Positions 48,330-62,643 of a stretch of 64,000 bases of DNA are shown in pieces. Below the pieces are notes generated by a model. That model searched no databases, was not told the origin of the DNA, and saw only the letters and a program-made list of their open reading frames with translations. This stretch comes from Hypanus sabinus (Eukaryota). The stretch covers positions 310,001-374,000 of the forward strand of contig NW_026778903.1 of the NCBI RefSeq assembly GCF_030144855.1. Reading direction: 5' to 3'. How positions within the stretch are numbered: position 1 is the stretch's first letter; every line of letters begins with the position of its first letter. The translations under genes and the position numbers were made by a program.

Positions 48330-49440
48330 TCTCTCTCCATATTGCTTCGCCACCCTCTCTCCCCATCCCCCTCTACTTTTTATCTTCCATCTCCACCCTC
48401 CTCCCTCTAGATCCCTTTTCCGCTGTATCCTGGTCTCAAACATTCCAAGGCAGCCTCTCCACACTCAACTGACTCTCCTGTACGAGGCCTGGAGGTGCTC
48501 ACTCACCACCAGCTGCTCTGCCAGTCTAAGAGTCACTTTCTACCCGGTCCGTCACCGCCTGTGGCCCCTCCCCAGGCCCAGAGCCACTTACTACGTGGTC
48601 CAGCCCCACTCCCTCCCCGCTCCTCGCCACTGAGCTGTCCCACCACGGCCCAGACGCGTTCCCTTACCAACGGGCTCTCTCTCCATTCCCAGTACCGCTC
48701 CATCCTGTTCCAGAGGCGCTTTCTCATCACCGGACTCTCCACAGTCAAACTGAGCTCCATCTGAACCGCTGAATCTGCGCGTCAGTCCCACTTCTACCTG
48801 CTCGCCGGTAACTATCGTTCTGTAGAAACCACCAGCCGCTGCCAATCAGAGATCAATAGCCAGAATGACGGGAGGTGCTTGTGGCGGCAGGGTCTGCATT
48901 GAATGATGTGGAGAGGTCTGTGAGGTTCGGGACCCTGCGAAGCCAAAATGCCCTGAGGAAACATGAAACTGGGCGCTGGGAATTTAAAGGGAAACAGGAC
49001 CCGGTGAGATGGAAGGAACACACCAAAAAGGAAGTTCCAGAACACCAGAACCTCCCAGAACTTCCTGTCGTCTGTCACAGAGGTGTTAGACAACAGCAAG
49101 CGGGGGGTCTGGCGATTTTATCAGTTCCTTTGACTGGAAGAAAACTCCGGGAAACGACGTCTGACCAGCTGCGTTGTCGTCGGCTCTGCGGGCCTGGATG
49201 AGCCGAGACTCGCTGGAAATGTATAATACTGTGCTTCTCGCTGGCAGCCCGGGGTCAGTCCCACACTGTGCGGCTGTCATGGGGGAGAGACGGTAGCTCA
49301 GCTCTTTGAGGACCGTGGGTTTGCGAAGAGGGTCTGGAGAAAGGTGAAAAGTCGTGTTTCATTGTGCACCCCGAGCAGATGCGCGATAGAGGACTCTCCC
49401 ATCTCCGGGCTGTTCCCAGGGCCTCAGATGGAGACGGCCT
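48330..49440. mobile_element. Rearranged Tx1-like fragments
   Basis: Shares GGCAGGGTCTGCATTGAATGATGTGGAGAGGTCT with 38815. Confidence 0.55.
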
Positions 49441-49864
49441 CAAATACCATCTATAGATTCGCTGATGATACAACCATTGTTGGTAGAATCTCAGGAGGTG
49501 ATGAGAGGGCGTACAGGAGTGAGATATGCCAACTAGTGAAGTGGTGTCGCAGCAACAACCTGATACTCAACATCAGTAAGACGAAAGAGCTGATTGTGGA
49601 CTTCAGGAAGGGTAAGACGAAGAAACACAAACCAATCCTCATAGATGGATGAGAAGTGGAGAGAGTGAGCAGTTATAAGTTTCAGGGTGTCAAGATCTGA
49701 GTACCCAATCTGGTCCCAATACCGATGTAGTTATAAAGAAGGCAAGATAGCGACTATACTTCAGTAAGAGATTTGGTAGGTCAACAAATACACTCAAAAG
49801 CTTCAATAAATGTACGGTGGAGAGCATTCTGACAGGCTGCATCACTGTCTGGTATGGGGGGTTG

Positions 49865-52800
49865 TGTCATCGGGTGGGCGTTGGGAGTGGACCCAAAAGC
49901 AAGACACAGACACTGAACTACCAGGAACAGGACTAGGCGTGAGAAGGAAGCAAGGAAAGTGGGGAAAATAGGACGCTGGACATGACACAGGCAGGCCCTG
50001 GACGAGACAAGGATTCCAGGCCTGAGCTCGGACTTGACGAGGATAGCGGAAACAGGACTTGGAACTGGGAACTAGGAGTCTGGGCTTGGACTCCGAGCCA
50101 GAGACTAGACAAGGACCCAGAACATGGCTCTTGACGCGGGCTCGGACCCCAGAACCCGGCGAGGACAAGACGTGGCTACAGGACGAGGAGAGGCACAGGA
50201 CTGGATGAGAGACTCCTGGACGGGACAAGGGAACCCCAACACAGGACGAGGGAATCCCAGCACCGGGCTGGGCAAGGTACTCCTGGGCTGGGTGAGGCAC
50301 ATGGACATGACGGGAGCACAGGGTCTTGGTCGAGAGAGGACAGGAACATGGAACACCAAGCCGGGACCCCTCCTTGGCTACAGGACGTAGGGCCAGGACT
50401 CGTTACACAGAACACAGAGCCGGGACCCCTCCCTGGGTACAAGAGGTAGGGCCGGGACTCATTTCACAGAACACAGAGCCGGGACCCCTCCCTGGGTACA
50501 AGAGGTAGGGCCGGGACTCATTACACAGAACGCTGAACACGACGAGACAGTTCCCAACGCTAGGTAGTGGCAAGATGGCCGGACCTTCGTAGCGAAGGCG
50601 TGGACACGACGAGACAGTTCCCAACGCTAGGTAGCGGCAAGATGGCGGGTCCTACCTAGCGAAGTCATGGACATGGAGAGGCAGTTGCAAAGAGGGAGAG
50701 GCTCCAGGCACTTGCAAGGCGAGGCAAGTCTCAACTGCCAAGCAAGAATTTTATGTGATCTTTCACCTAATTCGTAATATTTCAGTTTAGTTCTCATAAT
50801 TACTTTTTCTGTACGATATGTCTGGAGTGTATTATATTGTAGTTTTTTATTAACAAGTTGTCTTCGTTTTTCTTCTGTCATGTATCTTTGGGATTCTTTT
50901 TCTAACTTTATGATATCTTTTTCCAATTGATCTATTTCTGCCATGTATTCCTTCTTAATTTTAGATGTATAACTTATAATCTGACCCCTTAAGTATGCTT
51001 TCATCGCTTCCCATAATACAATTTTATCCTCAACTGAATGTAAATTTGTATCCAAAAAAAATTGAATCTGTTTTTTCATAAAATCACAAAAATCTTGGAC
51101 GTTTTAATAAAATTGAATTAAATCTCCATCTATAAATCGATTCCTCCTTATCCATCATTATCATTGTCATTATCAAGGGGGAATGATCTGACAGTATTCT
51201 TGCTTTATATTCCACACTTTTCACTCTATCTTGAATATTTTTTGATAATAAAAAAAATCAATCCTTGTGTAAGTTTTATCTCTATTTGAATAAAATGAAT
51301 AACTTCTTTCTCTTGGATTAATTTTCCTCCATATATCAATCAGGTTTAAATCTTTCATTAATGATAAAGTTAGTTTTATTACTTTTGATTTTGTAGCAAT
51401 TTTTGTTGACCTATCCAAAACTGGATCTAAACAAAAGTTAAAATCTCCACCTATTAATATTTTATCATGTGCATCAGCCAAGTTCAAAAAAACTTCATGT
51501 ATGAATTTTGCATCATTTTCATTTGGTGCATAAATGTTCATAAAAGTCCATAATTCTGAAAGAATTTGACAATGTATAATCAGATATCCCCCCCAGAATC
51601 TATTATTACATTTTGTATATTAATTGGTAAAGATTTATTAACCAAAATTGCAACTCCCCTCGATTTTGAATTAAATGAAGCTGCAATGACATTTCCAACC
51701 CAATCCCTCTTTAATTTCTTATGTTCTGTTTCTGTTAAATGTGTTTCTTGTAAAAAAAAAAGCTATATCTCCTTTCATTTTCATAATATATGTTAAAACT
51801 CTTTTTCTTTTCACAGGTCCACTAATTCCATTAATATTAAAACTTAAAAAATTAAGTAAATTAAGCATTCATAATACCTTGGGAACACTTTAAGATTCTC
51901 CATGTTGCTATGAGTTTCTCCCCAACCATCCAGGCAAAAAAGAAGAAAAATAGAAGAAAGATAACTAATATATAAGAAAAAAAAACAAAGTACCCCCACT
52001 AATGTTGTGAATAAAAAGAACATAACATTACCCCCCCCCATTGGGTAAAAGTGAAATTTTACCCCTTACCAAAGGAAATTATAATTAATGTCGATTAGTA
52101 ACTCAATTTCGATGGTCAATAAGCGGGATAAAATACTTAGGTATTAGAGTTGATTAAGATGTAAAAAATGTATATAATCAAAATTATTTGCCATTATTTA
52201 AAAAAATAAAAGAGGATCTTGATAAATGGATGATGTTACCAATAACATTAATAGGTAGAGTTAATGCTGTAAAAATGAATATATTTCCTAGATTGCAATA
52301 TTTATTTCAAACTTTACCAATACAATTACCTCAGAAGTTTTTTCAAGAACTGAATAAATATGTGAGGAAATTTCTTTGGAAAGGAAAGATGTCAAGAATA
52401 TCATTGGAAAAATTGACATGTAAACTTGATTTAGTAGGGTTACAACTTCCAAATTTTAAGAATTATCATAAAGCAAATCAACTTAGATTTATTGCGTCTT
52501 TTTTTGATGAAGAAAAACCGGCATGCATTGAAATAGAATTAGATAAGATAGGAGAAGATATACCAGAAGATTTTATATATATGAATGGGAATCTAAATGA
52601 TATGGGAAAAAAAGAATCTCCTATATTAAGACATTTGATTGATTTATGGAATAAGGTAAATATGGACGATGAGATAAAGAAATCTTTATTAGCAGAAAGA
52701 ACTTTAATTCAAAATAGGCTTATTCCTTTTACAATGGATAATAAACTTTTACATAATAGGTTCCAAAAGGGGATTAAATATTTAGGTGATTGTTTTGAAG

Positions 52801-54108
52801 GAGGTATATTGATGTCGTTTGATCAATTAAAAAATAAATATAAAATATCAAACAACACTCTTTTCTGTTATTTTCAATTAAAGGCTTATTTACGAGAAAA
52901 GCTGGGTCAAACAATGTTGATGCCAAAATCTAGTGAAATAGAAATATTAATTCGAAAAGGAAAAATTAAAAAAGTTACATCTTGTATGTATAATTTGATT
53001 CAAAAACAGACAATTAAATCAGGAATTCATAAATCGACAAAAATGGGAATTTGATTTGAATGTTAAAATTGATGGAAAAAAGTGGTCAACATTATGTTCT
53101 GATAGTATGAGAAATATAATAAATGTTCGACTTAGATTAATACAATATAATTTTTACAGTAATTATATATAACACCACAGAAAATAAATAGATTAAATTC
53201 AAATATGTCTGATCAATGTTTTCGATGTAATCAAGAAATTGGTACTTTTTTACATTCTACTTGGTCTTGTTTTAAAATTCAACCATTTTGGATAAATCTA
53301 AGACTTTTATTGGAACAAATTACTGGAGTACAACTCCCACATAGTCCAGTATTATTTTTCTTAGGAGACATTGAAGGGACAATACCGAAACTTAAATTGA
53401 ATACGTTTCAGAAAAAAATTATAAAAATTGCATTGTCAGTAGCCAAAAAAGTTAACGCAGTTACTTGGAAATCTGATTTATATTTAACTATGGATCGTTG
53501 GAATAATGAAACACATAGTTGTATTCCACTTGAAAAAATTACATACAATCTAAGAAACGAATATGATATATATTTGAAAATTTGGCTCCCATATCTACAA
53601 AAGACAGGATTAAATACATAACTCCTTTGAAGGTAAAATTATAAAGTAATTGGGGAAGTAAAAATAAATATTAAAATTATTTTGAACCATGGAGCATGTG
53701 GGAATCCTCCGATATCCAGGCAATCTCTCTTTTTCTTTCTTTCTTTAGATAAGGGTTAAGGGGGGAGGGTTAATATTATTTTTCTCACTGTTTATCATCA
53801 CATTTATTCTTTGTAACTTTCTAAAATTTAATAAATAAATATTTTTTTTTAAAGGCGAGGCAAGGCTCCAGGCAGAGGCAAGGCCAGGCGAGGCTCCAGG
53901 CAGGAAGATTAAGAGAAGGGATCCAGACAACGGACTTGGACAGGAACAATCCAGCAGGCAGAGGCTGAATCCTGAAGCTATTTATGAGGTCAGCCCTAAC
54001 AAGAATCAGCTGCCTCAACAGAATCTGGGGAAACCGGGAAATCCTGGAATTAGGTATCAGGACTGTACCCCGAACCGGAATGCGGATTTCACAGACCGGA
54101 CCATGACA
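49865..54108. mobile_element. Solo LTR-like element interrupted by L1
   Basis: Inverted termini TGTCAT..ATGACA; internal ~60-bp repeats; the two halves join across the L1 TSD. Confidence 0.65.
50729..53851 (+). mobile_element. L1 with 5' inversion (twin priming)
   Basis: Perfect 13-bp TSD AAGGCGAGGCAAG (50716-50728, 53852-53864); - strand EN domain (LQETH, NIYAPN, GGDFN) then + strand ORF2 C-terminus and AATAAA. Confidence 0.9.
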
Positions 54109-56074
54109 GGGGGCTGAGCTACGGCACGGGACCGAAAGAATCTGCAGAGTGTTGTAAATTTAGTCGGCTCCATCTTGGGTACTATCCTACAAAGTACCCA
54201 GGACATCTTCAAGGAGCAGTGTCAGTGACCATTATCAAGGACCTTTAGCACCCAGTGCATGCTCTTCTCTCACTGTTACCATCAGGTAAGGAAGCGAGAA
54301 GGCACAAACTCAGCGATTCAGGAACAGCTTCTTTCCCTCCATCCGATTCCTAAATTGGACCCGTGAACACTACCTCACTTTTTAAATATATATTATTTCA
54401 GTTTTTGCAGAATATTTAATATACGTGTATTGTAACTGATTTTCTTAATTATTTAATAATGTTTTAATTATTCTTTCTTCCTCTTCTGCGTTACGTAGTG
54501 CATTGAACTGATGCTGCTAAGGTAACAAATTTCACGACACATCCTGATGAAAATAAACCTGATTCTGAATTATAAGGTGAACTGTGCGGCGCTGGTGAAA
54601 GTTGTAGAGCAGCGCCATCTAGCGGTAGAGGAATGTAACTCACTAACAGTGGTCACACAGATAAACAGGGCGGTGAAGAAGGTCTTTGGCCCACCGGCCA
54701 TGATGTGTCAGGGAACTGAGTACAGGAGTTGGGCCGTTATGTTACAGTGTCCAAGACATTGCTGAGACCGTACTGGGAGAATTCCGTGAGTTCTGGTGAC
54801 CAGCAATAGGAAGAATGTAATTAATCTGGAGATGATGCTGGACAGATTAGGATGTTACCGGGACTGGAGATTTTGAAGAATACGTACACAAGGCTGCAAG
54901 AACTCAGCAGGTCAGGCAGCATCCGTGAGAAAAGAGTAGCCAACTTTTCGGGCCGTTCCTGATGAAGGGTCTCGGCCTGACCTGCTGAGTTCTTCCAGCC
55001 TTGTGTACGTATTGTTTGATCCACAGCATCTGCAGTTGTATTTTCGTGTCTGGAGATTTTGAGTTAGGTATAAGGTTTGGATGAGACCTCGAACCTTTAT
55101 TGTAGCTGATCTCTCAAGCTTCATTGTGAATCATCAGTAAACCAGTCACGATTAGAGATGGCGTTGAGAGAGACACAGAGTAAACAACATATTCCTTATC
55201 CCCCGTCCGCTCTTACCCCCCCTCATTCGATCCACCACTTCCAGTCCCATCTCCCAGTCCCCGTTCGCCATCCCTTCCCCCTGCTGCTTTCCAGTCTCCT
55301 CTCCCTTCCTCAAATCCATCTCTGTCCCGCAAACATTGCCCGAGTGAGGGACTGGGGAGACGAACAAATTCGATTCTGCGACCGAGCTAACCCCTCCCTC
55401 CGCAATCATTGGTAACACGTGATGTATCTAGATGGGCAGGGATTAGGTGGGGAACCAATAGGAGACCCGGGTAGCAGGGGCGAGGATTGCCAAGGCGCGA
55501 AAATAACTCCGAGCGCGGGAAAAGTTCATCTGCTGTCAGGAAGAGAAGACTCGGGACCGCAGCCCCTCGCTGAATGGAGACAACAGATAGAATCTGTATC
55601 CAGGGATTCCGGAGAGGCTGCGGGAAATCAGCAGGTACTGCGATGTCTGTGGACGCACATTGGACTGTCTTATGTTCCAAGTCGGACACTTCCAGTGAGT
55701 CAGTATGAAGGATTGCGAGACTGAACGACATGTGTGGGTGTGGGAGAGATGTCCGTGTGTGAGTGAGAAAGGTAGACTGGACCCCGGTGGCCGGCAGGGG
55801 GTGGGGGTGAAGGGGGTTGTGAGAGAGACAGAGAGATGGTATGGGGCGCAGGGTTTTGCTTGTTGCCTGCGGATCAGAATCAGGTTTCTGTATAAAGGTG
55901 ACATTCGTTGTTTTGCAGATCAGTGCAATGCAAAGGCTTCAAATCTCTAAATAACAATGCAGAACGAGGTGTTGTTGACAGTTCGCGCGTCTATTCGTGC
56001 CTCTCCCTTCTCTGCGCCCCTACGGGATCTACTTCACCCCCTTCTTTGGGGAAGAAATATTTGTCCGATAACAC

Positions 56075-58420
56075 AGGAGGCAAAACTACTCAATCCTGTA
56101 ACAGCGGTCTCACCAACGTCGTATGTAAACTGCATTATAACCTCCCAACTCCTATACTCAGCGCCCTGGCTAATGCGGAGCAGCGTCCTTCCCCACCCTG
56201 TCTACGTGTGACGCCGCCTTCAGTGAAGTATACTCGTACTTGGAGGTCCCTCTGTTCCATTGCACTCCCCAGGGGCCGTACCATTCACTATACAAGTTCT
56301 ACCCTTGTCTGGTCTCCTAAAATGTAATCTTGCGTTTATCTGGTTTAACAGCCATTTGTCAATGCTCGGCCTACAAAATCCAGTTCCCTTACTACAGTTC
56401 CTGTTTCGATATCGTCTGCAAACTTCCCGAGCCTTGTCGATGGGCCGGATGGCCTACTCCGGCTCCTGTTTCTTGTATTCTAGGTTCTCCGATTTCCCAT
56501 CCAAATCCAGCGAGTACAGACCCAGAGCCGTCAGCAGTGAAGCCTCATAAATCCTCAGCATCACATCCCAGCTCTTGCATTCTAGACCTCTTGAAATGAA
56601 TGTTAACATTGCATTTGCCATCCTCACCACTGACTCTACCTGCAAGTTAACTTCCAGAGTGTTCTGCACAAGGAGGAGTCTTTGCATCTTAGCATCTCTG
56701 GTATTTGAGACCCTTAAGGAGACCCTTAGCATAAAGAACTGTCCAATCACTGATCCCTGTGAAACACCACTAGTCCCTGGCATCCAACCAGAAAAGGATC
56801 CTTTTATTCCCAGTCTCTGCCTCCTACCAATCGGCCAATGCTCTAACTATGCCAGAAACTTTCCTGAAATGCCACGCGCTCCTAACTTGCAGCCTCATGT
56901 GAGGCAGCTTGTCAAAACCCTTCTGAAAGTCCAAATATGCAGCATCCACTCTATCCCCTTCATCTAGCCTATGTGTAATCTCCTCAAAGAATACAAGCAG
57001 GTTTGTTAGGCAAGATTTTCCCTCAAGGAAATCATGCTGCCTTTGTCCGATCTTGCCCCGTGTCACCAAGTAATCCATAACCTCGCCCTCAAAAATTGAT
57101 TCCAACATCTTCCCAACCACTCAGGTCGGAGTAACTGGTCTGTAATTTCCTTTCTGCAGCTTCCTCCTTTCTTGAAGAGTGGAGTAACATTTGCTATATT
57201 CCTGTCCCCTGGCACCATGCTAGAGGCTAATGATTCTTAAAAGATCATTACTAATGCCTCCACAATCTCTACTGTTACCTCTTTCAGAACCCCAGGGGGC
57301 AGTTCATCTGGTACAGATGACTTGTGTTCCTTTCGGTGTTTCAGCTTTTCGAGCACCTTTTAATTGCCCTCAATTCCCTTCCCTCACACCCTTCAATATT
57401 TGCACACCGCTAGTGTCTTTCAGTGAAGACTAATACAAAATACTCATTTAGTTTATCTGTCATCTCATTGGCCCCTGGTATTATTTCTCCAGCCTCATAT
57501 TCTAGTGGTCCTGTATTCACTCTCCTCTCCCATTTTTACCCAATTGAAGCAGCTTTTACTATCCACCTTGATGTAGTTTGCTAGCTTGTTTTCATTTTTC
57601 ATCTTTTCCCTCCTAGCAATTATTTTAGTTGCTATCTGTACGGTTTTGAAAGCTTTCTAATCTTTTATCTTCCCACTAATTTTTGCTTTGTTGTCTGCCC
57701 TAGCTTTCTTTTGCTTTTACATTAACTTTGACTTCGCTTGTCAGCCACAGCAGTACAATTTTTGACATTTGAGTATATCTTAGTATTTGGAATACATCTG
57801 TCCCACACCTTCCTGATTTTCCCTAGAAACTCGCACCATTGCTGCTCTACTGTCATCCCCGCCAGCATATTCCAGTTTACTCTGGCCAACTCCTCTCTCA
57901 TGCCCCTGTGATTTCCCTTAATCCACAGTAATACTGCTATGTCAGACCTTACTTTCTCCCTGTCAACTTTCAAGTTTAACTCAATGATATTGCACTCCTC
58001 AGGGCTCTTATATCTTAAGCTCCCTTATCACCCCCGGTTGGTTACATAACACTCAATCCAGGATAGCTGATCCCCTAGTAGGCTCAATGACAAACTGGTT
58101 TAAAAAGCCGTCTCATAGGCATTCAACAAACACACTCTCCTGGGATCCATTTCCAACCTGATTTTCCTAATTGATCTGCATGTTGAAATCTCGCATGACT
58201 GACATAACATTGCCACTTTGAGATGCCTTTTCTATTTCTCGTTGTAATCCACAACCTCGCTGCTTTTGGGAGGCCTGGCACCAGGGTTCTTTTACCGTTC
58301 CAGTTTCTTATATCAACCTACAAAAATTCAACTACTTCCAATCCTATCTCTCATCTTTCTATGAATTTGATGCCTAATTTCCTATCCCTCCGATGCAACA
58401 TGTGACCTTGGACATTCAGC
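56075..58420 (-). mobile_element. Decayed CR1 ORF2
   Basis: GKSCLTNLLVFFEEIT..YLDFQKGFDK. Confidence 0.85.
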
Positions 58421-58929
58421 TCCCAACTACAACAATCCTTCAGCCATGATTCAGTGATGGCCACAACGTCATAGCCGATAATCTGTCATACTGCAACAAG
58501 ATGATTCACCTTATTTCTTATACCACACGCATTTAGATTAAACACCTTGAGACCGTATTTACCGACTCTGTATCCCCAATTATTTGATACTCAACTTGTT
58601 GGCTGCAACTAAGGCCCATCACCTGCCTGCCCTTCCTGACAATCTGACAGCACATTAACTTTCTTTTTCTGTTCTATCCTGCGTCCCTTTACACTGGTTT
58701 CCAATCCCCTGCCAAAATTAGTTTCATCCTCAGCAACAGCTCCAACACACCTGACTGCGAGAACATTGGTTCCCCTCGGATTCAGGTGCAGCCCGTCACT
58801 TTTGAACAGGTCATGCCTCCCCTAGAAGAGATCCCAAATATCCAAGAACCCGAAGCCCTGCCCCCTGCACCAGCTTCTCAGCCACGCTGCTTTCGGATTT
58901 CTGTTGGGATTGTTCCCCAAGCAGCTCCC

Positions 58930-59570
58930 TATTCCATCTGTCCCTCCCCAGTGATATCCGTGCAAGCAGAACCAGTACAACACCTGTCCCTACACCTCCT
59001 CCTTCACTACCATTCAGGGCCCCGATCAGTCAGTGAGCAAGAGTGCCTTCGGCTCCGTCTGCGAGGAGAGCAGTCGGTCTTCAGGGTGGGGTTTCAGTCA
59101 CCACGGGAACCACTTCGCGAAGCACCTATGCTCTGTCCCCCAGCAGAAACGTGATCTCCCAGTGGCCATCCCATTCCGATATGTTAATCCGTGGCCTCCT
59201 CTACTGTCTTGATGAGGCCACACTCAGTTTGGAGGAACACCACCAATCATCCCCTTTTCCCTCACTCACCTCATCTCCTTACCTACCATGGCCTGCCTCT
59301 GGTGCTTCACCCCCTTTTTCTTTCTTCCAGGGCCTTCTGTTCTCTCCAGTTGGACTCCCCCTTCTCGAGCCCTGTGTCTCTTTTCCCAATCAACTTCCCA
59401 GCTCTTTACGTTATCCCCCCTCATCCTGGTTTCAGCTTCCCTCTCCTCCTCCTCCACATATTCAATCTACTCATCATTTTTTCCTCCAGTTCTGCCAAAG
59501 GTTCAGCCCAAAATGCCGACTTTTTTCCATAGATGCTGCCTGTCCTGTCGAGTTCCTGCAGCATTTTGTC
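58930..59570 (+). mobile_element. Penelope GIY-YIG fragment
   Basis: YPCKQNQYNTCPYTSSFTTIQGP; FAKHLCSV; DEATLSLEEHH. Confidence 0.75.
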
Positions 59571-59814
59571 TATGTTGCTCTGAAGAACCATTTTGTCTTT
59601 AAAATTAATATGAAATTATACACTGTGTTGTTATGTTTATTTTGTCTAAATGCAAACAAGGCCACAGCAGCCACTTTATTCTGATCAACATGCAAACATC
59701 GATTTTGCAGGCTTTAATGCATTGAGTTGCTGCCAAATGATTGTCTGGTTAGATATTTGCATTCATCAGGTGTAGGTAAACGTGGCCACTGAGTGCAAAT
59801 TCATCACTCACTGA

Positions 59815-60820
59815 AGTACAAATTGAAGTAAATATAACAAAAATTTAAATTATAAATCATAATTAGAAAATAGAAAAGGGAAAGTAAGGTAGTGCAAGTC
59901 GGGTCCGGATATTTGGAAGGTACGGCCCAGATCCGGGTCAGGATCTGTTCAGCAGTCTTATCACAGTTGGAAAGAAGCTGTTCCCAAATCTGGCCGTACG
60001 AATCTTCAAGCTCCTGAACCTTCTCCCGGAGGGAAGAGGGACAAAAAGTGTGTTGGCAGGGTGGGCCGTGTCCTTGATTATCCTGGCAGCTCTGCTCCGA
60101 CAGCGTGCGGTGTAAAGTGAGTCCAAGGATGGAAGATTGGTTTGTGTGATGTGCTGGGCTATGTTCACGATCTTCTGCAGCTTCTTCCGGTCTTGGACAG
60201 GACAACGTCCATACCAGGTTGTGATGCACCCTAGAAGAATGCTTTCTACGGTGCATCTATAAAAATTAGTGAGGGTTTTAGGGGACAGGCCAAATATCTT
60301 CAGCTTTCTCAGGAAGTAAAGGCAATGGTGGGCCTTCTTGGCAGTGGACTCTGCTTGGTTAGACCAAGTCATGTCATTTGTGATATTCACCCCGAGGAAC
60401 AAGCTTTTGACCTGTTCCACCTGTGCACCACCGATGTAGATGCGGTCGTGCAGTCCGCTACTCCTGAAGTCAACAACCAATTCCTGACATTGAGGGATAG
60501 GTTATTGTCTTCGCACCATGCCACCAGGTTCTTAAATTCCTCTCTGTACTCAGACTCATCATTACCCAAGATATGGCCTACAATTGTTGTGTCATCAGCA
60601 AACTTATATATTGAGTCCGATGAAAACTTGGCTACACAATCGTGGGTGTACAGTGAGTACAGCAGGGGGCTGAGTAAACAGCCTTGTGGGGCACCAGTGC
60701 TCAGAGTGATTGTAGAGGAGAGCTTGTCCCCTATCTTTACAGCCTGGGTCCTGTCTGTGAGGAAGTTGAAGATCCAGCTGCAGATCTGAGTGCTGAGATC
60801 CAGGTTCTGGAGCTTAGGAA
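59815..60820 (-). mobile_element. L2/Rex-type LINE RT fragment
   Basis: [31 protein letters not shown]. Confidence 0.85.
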
Positions 60821-61196
60821 TCAATTAGATAGATTAGATATTTGCATTGATCGGGTGTAGGTAGAAGTGGCCACTAAGTGCAAATTTATCACTCAACTCC
60901 TCTTGCCATTTAAGGAGCAGCTCGTATCTGCTGCCTATTGTTGGTAACTGGTTTACGATTGTCACAAATACCAAGACACAGATCACGCGTTCATCTTCTT
61001 GGGTCCCAGACGTTTGGTGATGGCGGGACAGACGTTGTCCTTGAGTCTGGTTGGACCAGTTTGAACTGTTTGTATCTTCTGCTGACGGGCAGTGGAAGAG
61101 GAGAGAATGTATAAGTGCCAAGGGTCCTGAATTCTGGGGATAGTGGGATCTCACTGTGCGTAGACAGCCCACAATGTTCTGTGTGGTCCAACCTTC

Positions 61197-61218
61197 TCAC
61201 GAGCCACACATTCCGCAC
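61197..61218 (-). CDS. Receptor gene B, candidate terminal exon
   Basis: catgcag|G TGC GGA ATG TGT GGC TCG TGA; phase 2 gives WCGMCGS*. Confidence 0.4.
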
Positions 61219-61401
61219 CTGCATGTAGAACAGAAGGCCGTAAGGAGAGTCTGATCACAGGGTGACACGGGCAGGGAGTGGAGCTGAGGTGGGGAGGGGA
61301 TTCACAGCTGGAGGGCAACTGAAGAACGGAAGGGGTACAGCGAAGCCACCAATGGGGAGGTCTGGAATAGAGACTCTCCAGGAATGGATGAGGTCACTTA
61401 C

Positions 61402-61447
61402 CAGAGAAAGAGAAGCACGGCCACAGGCACACAGACTGCCACCGTCA
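61402..61447 (-). CDS. Receptor gene B, transmembrane exon
   Basis: cttccccag|46 nt|gtaagtgacct; VTVAVCVPVAVLLFL. Confidence 0.7.
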
Positions 61448-62336
61448 CTGGGGAAGAGAAATACTATAATCAGAGCAAATCGACCAGAAATGTACAGTAT
61501 AGATGTGGAATAGTCTGTTTACACCCACACCTCACCGCGCGGTTCCATCTATTCCATTGCGCACTGGGGATTGGGATCTATGGAACTGGGGGGGGGGGGG
61601 TTCTTGCTGATGTTGTTTGTTGCTCCTTCTGTTCTGATTTGTATATTTACTGCAGACACCAGAATGTGTGCTGACAATCGCAGGCTGCCCCCGCACCTCC
61701 TTCGGCTCTTAGTCGTTAACACAAAGGATGCATTTCACCGTATGTTTCAATGTACATGGAACAAACACAGAGAATACAAATTCTCCCGCCCTATCCCACT
61801 GCATTTTGCATCAAGAAATATACCCATCCCCTTATATGTCAAGTACATGTTTTGTACGCAGTGGCACAGGTAGACAGGTCCGCTGGCCTTCAGCAATCAG
61901 GAGATTTACAATATTGATTACCCTGCTATTGGACAGATGCCATTCAGCTGTAGAGAGAGCCGAGGGGATTTGACGATGTTGCCCAAGGGACTGAGCTATT
62001 GAGAGAGGCTGAACATTGGGGTTTTATTCACAGTAGTGTTGGAGACTGAGAGAGGTGCATAAAATTTGAGGGATGTAAATAAGGTGAATACATTCTTCCT
62101 AACCCTGAGTTGTGGAATCAAGGAAACGGGGGTTTAAGATGAGAGGAAACATTTAAAATGGAGCACAGGGTTGAGAAAAATCAGCCGCTGTTCAAATGGC
62201 AGCACAGACTCAATGGGCTGAATGGCCTTATGCTGCTCCTCTGCCCTCTGTTGTCAAACTGCCCAGCACGGCAATGGGGAAAAGAGCAGGAGGAGGGGAG
62301 AGACCCGCTCACTTCTGGGAGTCATTTAAACCTCAC

Positions 62337-62480
62337 CTCGAATTCCCATCAGCACATTAAAGTCCCACGATTCTGCTCTTTTGGAACTGTCCGTCCTAGT
62401 GGACACAATCTCAGAATTCGTCACCGGTGGGGAGGTGGACGTCCCGTCTGCCACTGTCTCCTGTCTGAGACTCTCCGAAC
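62337..62480 (-). CDS. Receptor gene B, Ser/Thr stalk exon
   Basis: cgacag|144 nt|gtgagg, phase 1-1; SESLRQETVADGTSTSPPVTNSEIVSTRTDSS.. Confidence 0.75.
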
Positions 62481-62643
62481 CTGTCGAACATGATGGGAAC
62501 ACCTCAGTGCTGAGCTGCTCTCCCCAGTTCCCCAAGTCTTTTGGGCCAAAGTGCCTGTTCCAAGTCCAGAGTGTCCCTCGTGGCACGGAGAGAATGTACA
62601 TCAGAATGGAGTATCAGACCCTCCCTCTCCCATCAGCACTTAC

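Larger units (their letters stand above)
49443..54540 (+). mobile_element. L2/Rex-type LINE split by LTR insertion (49443-49864 and 54109-54540)
   Basis: [17 protein letters not shown]; sequence resumes after the LTR. Confidence 0.75.
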
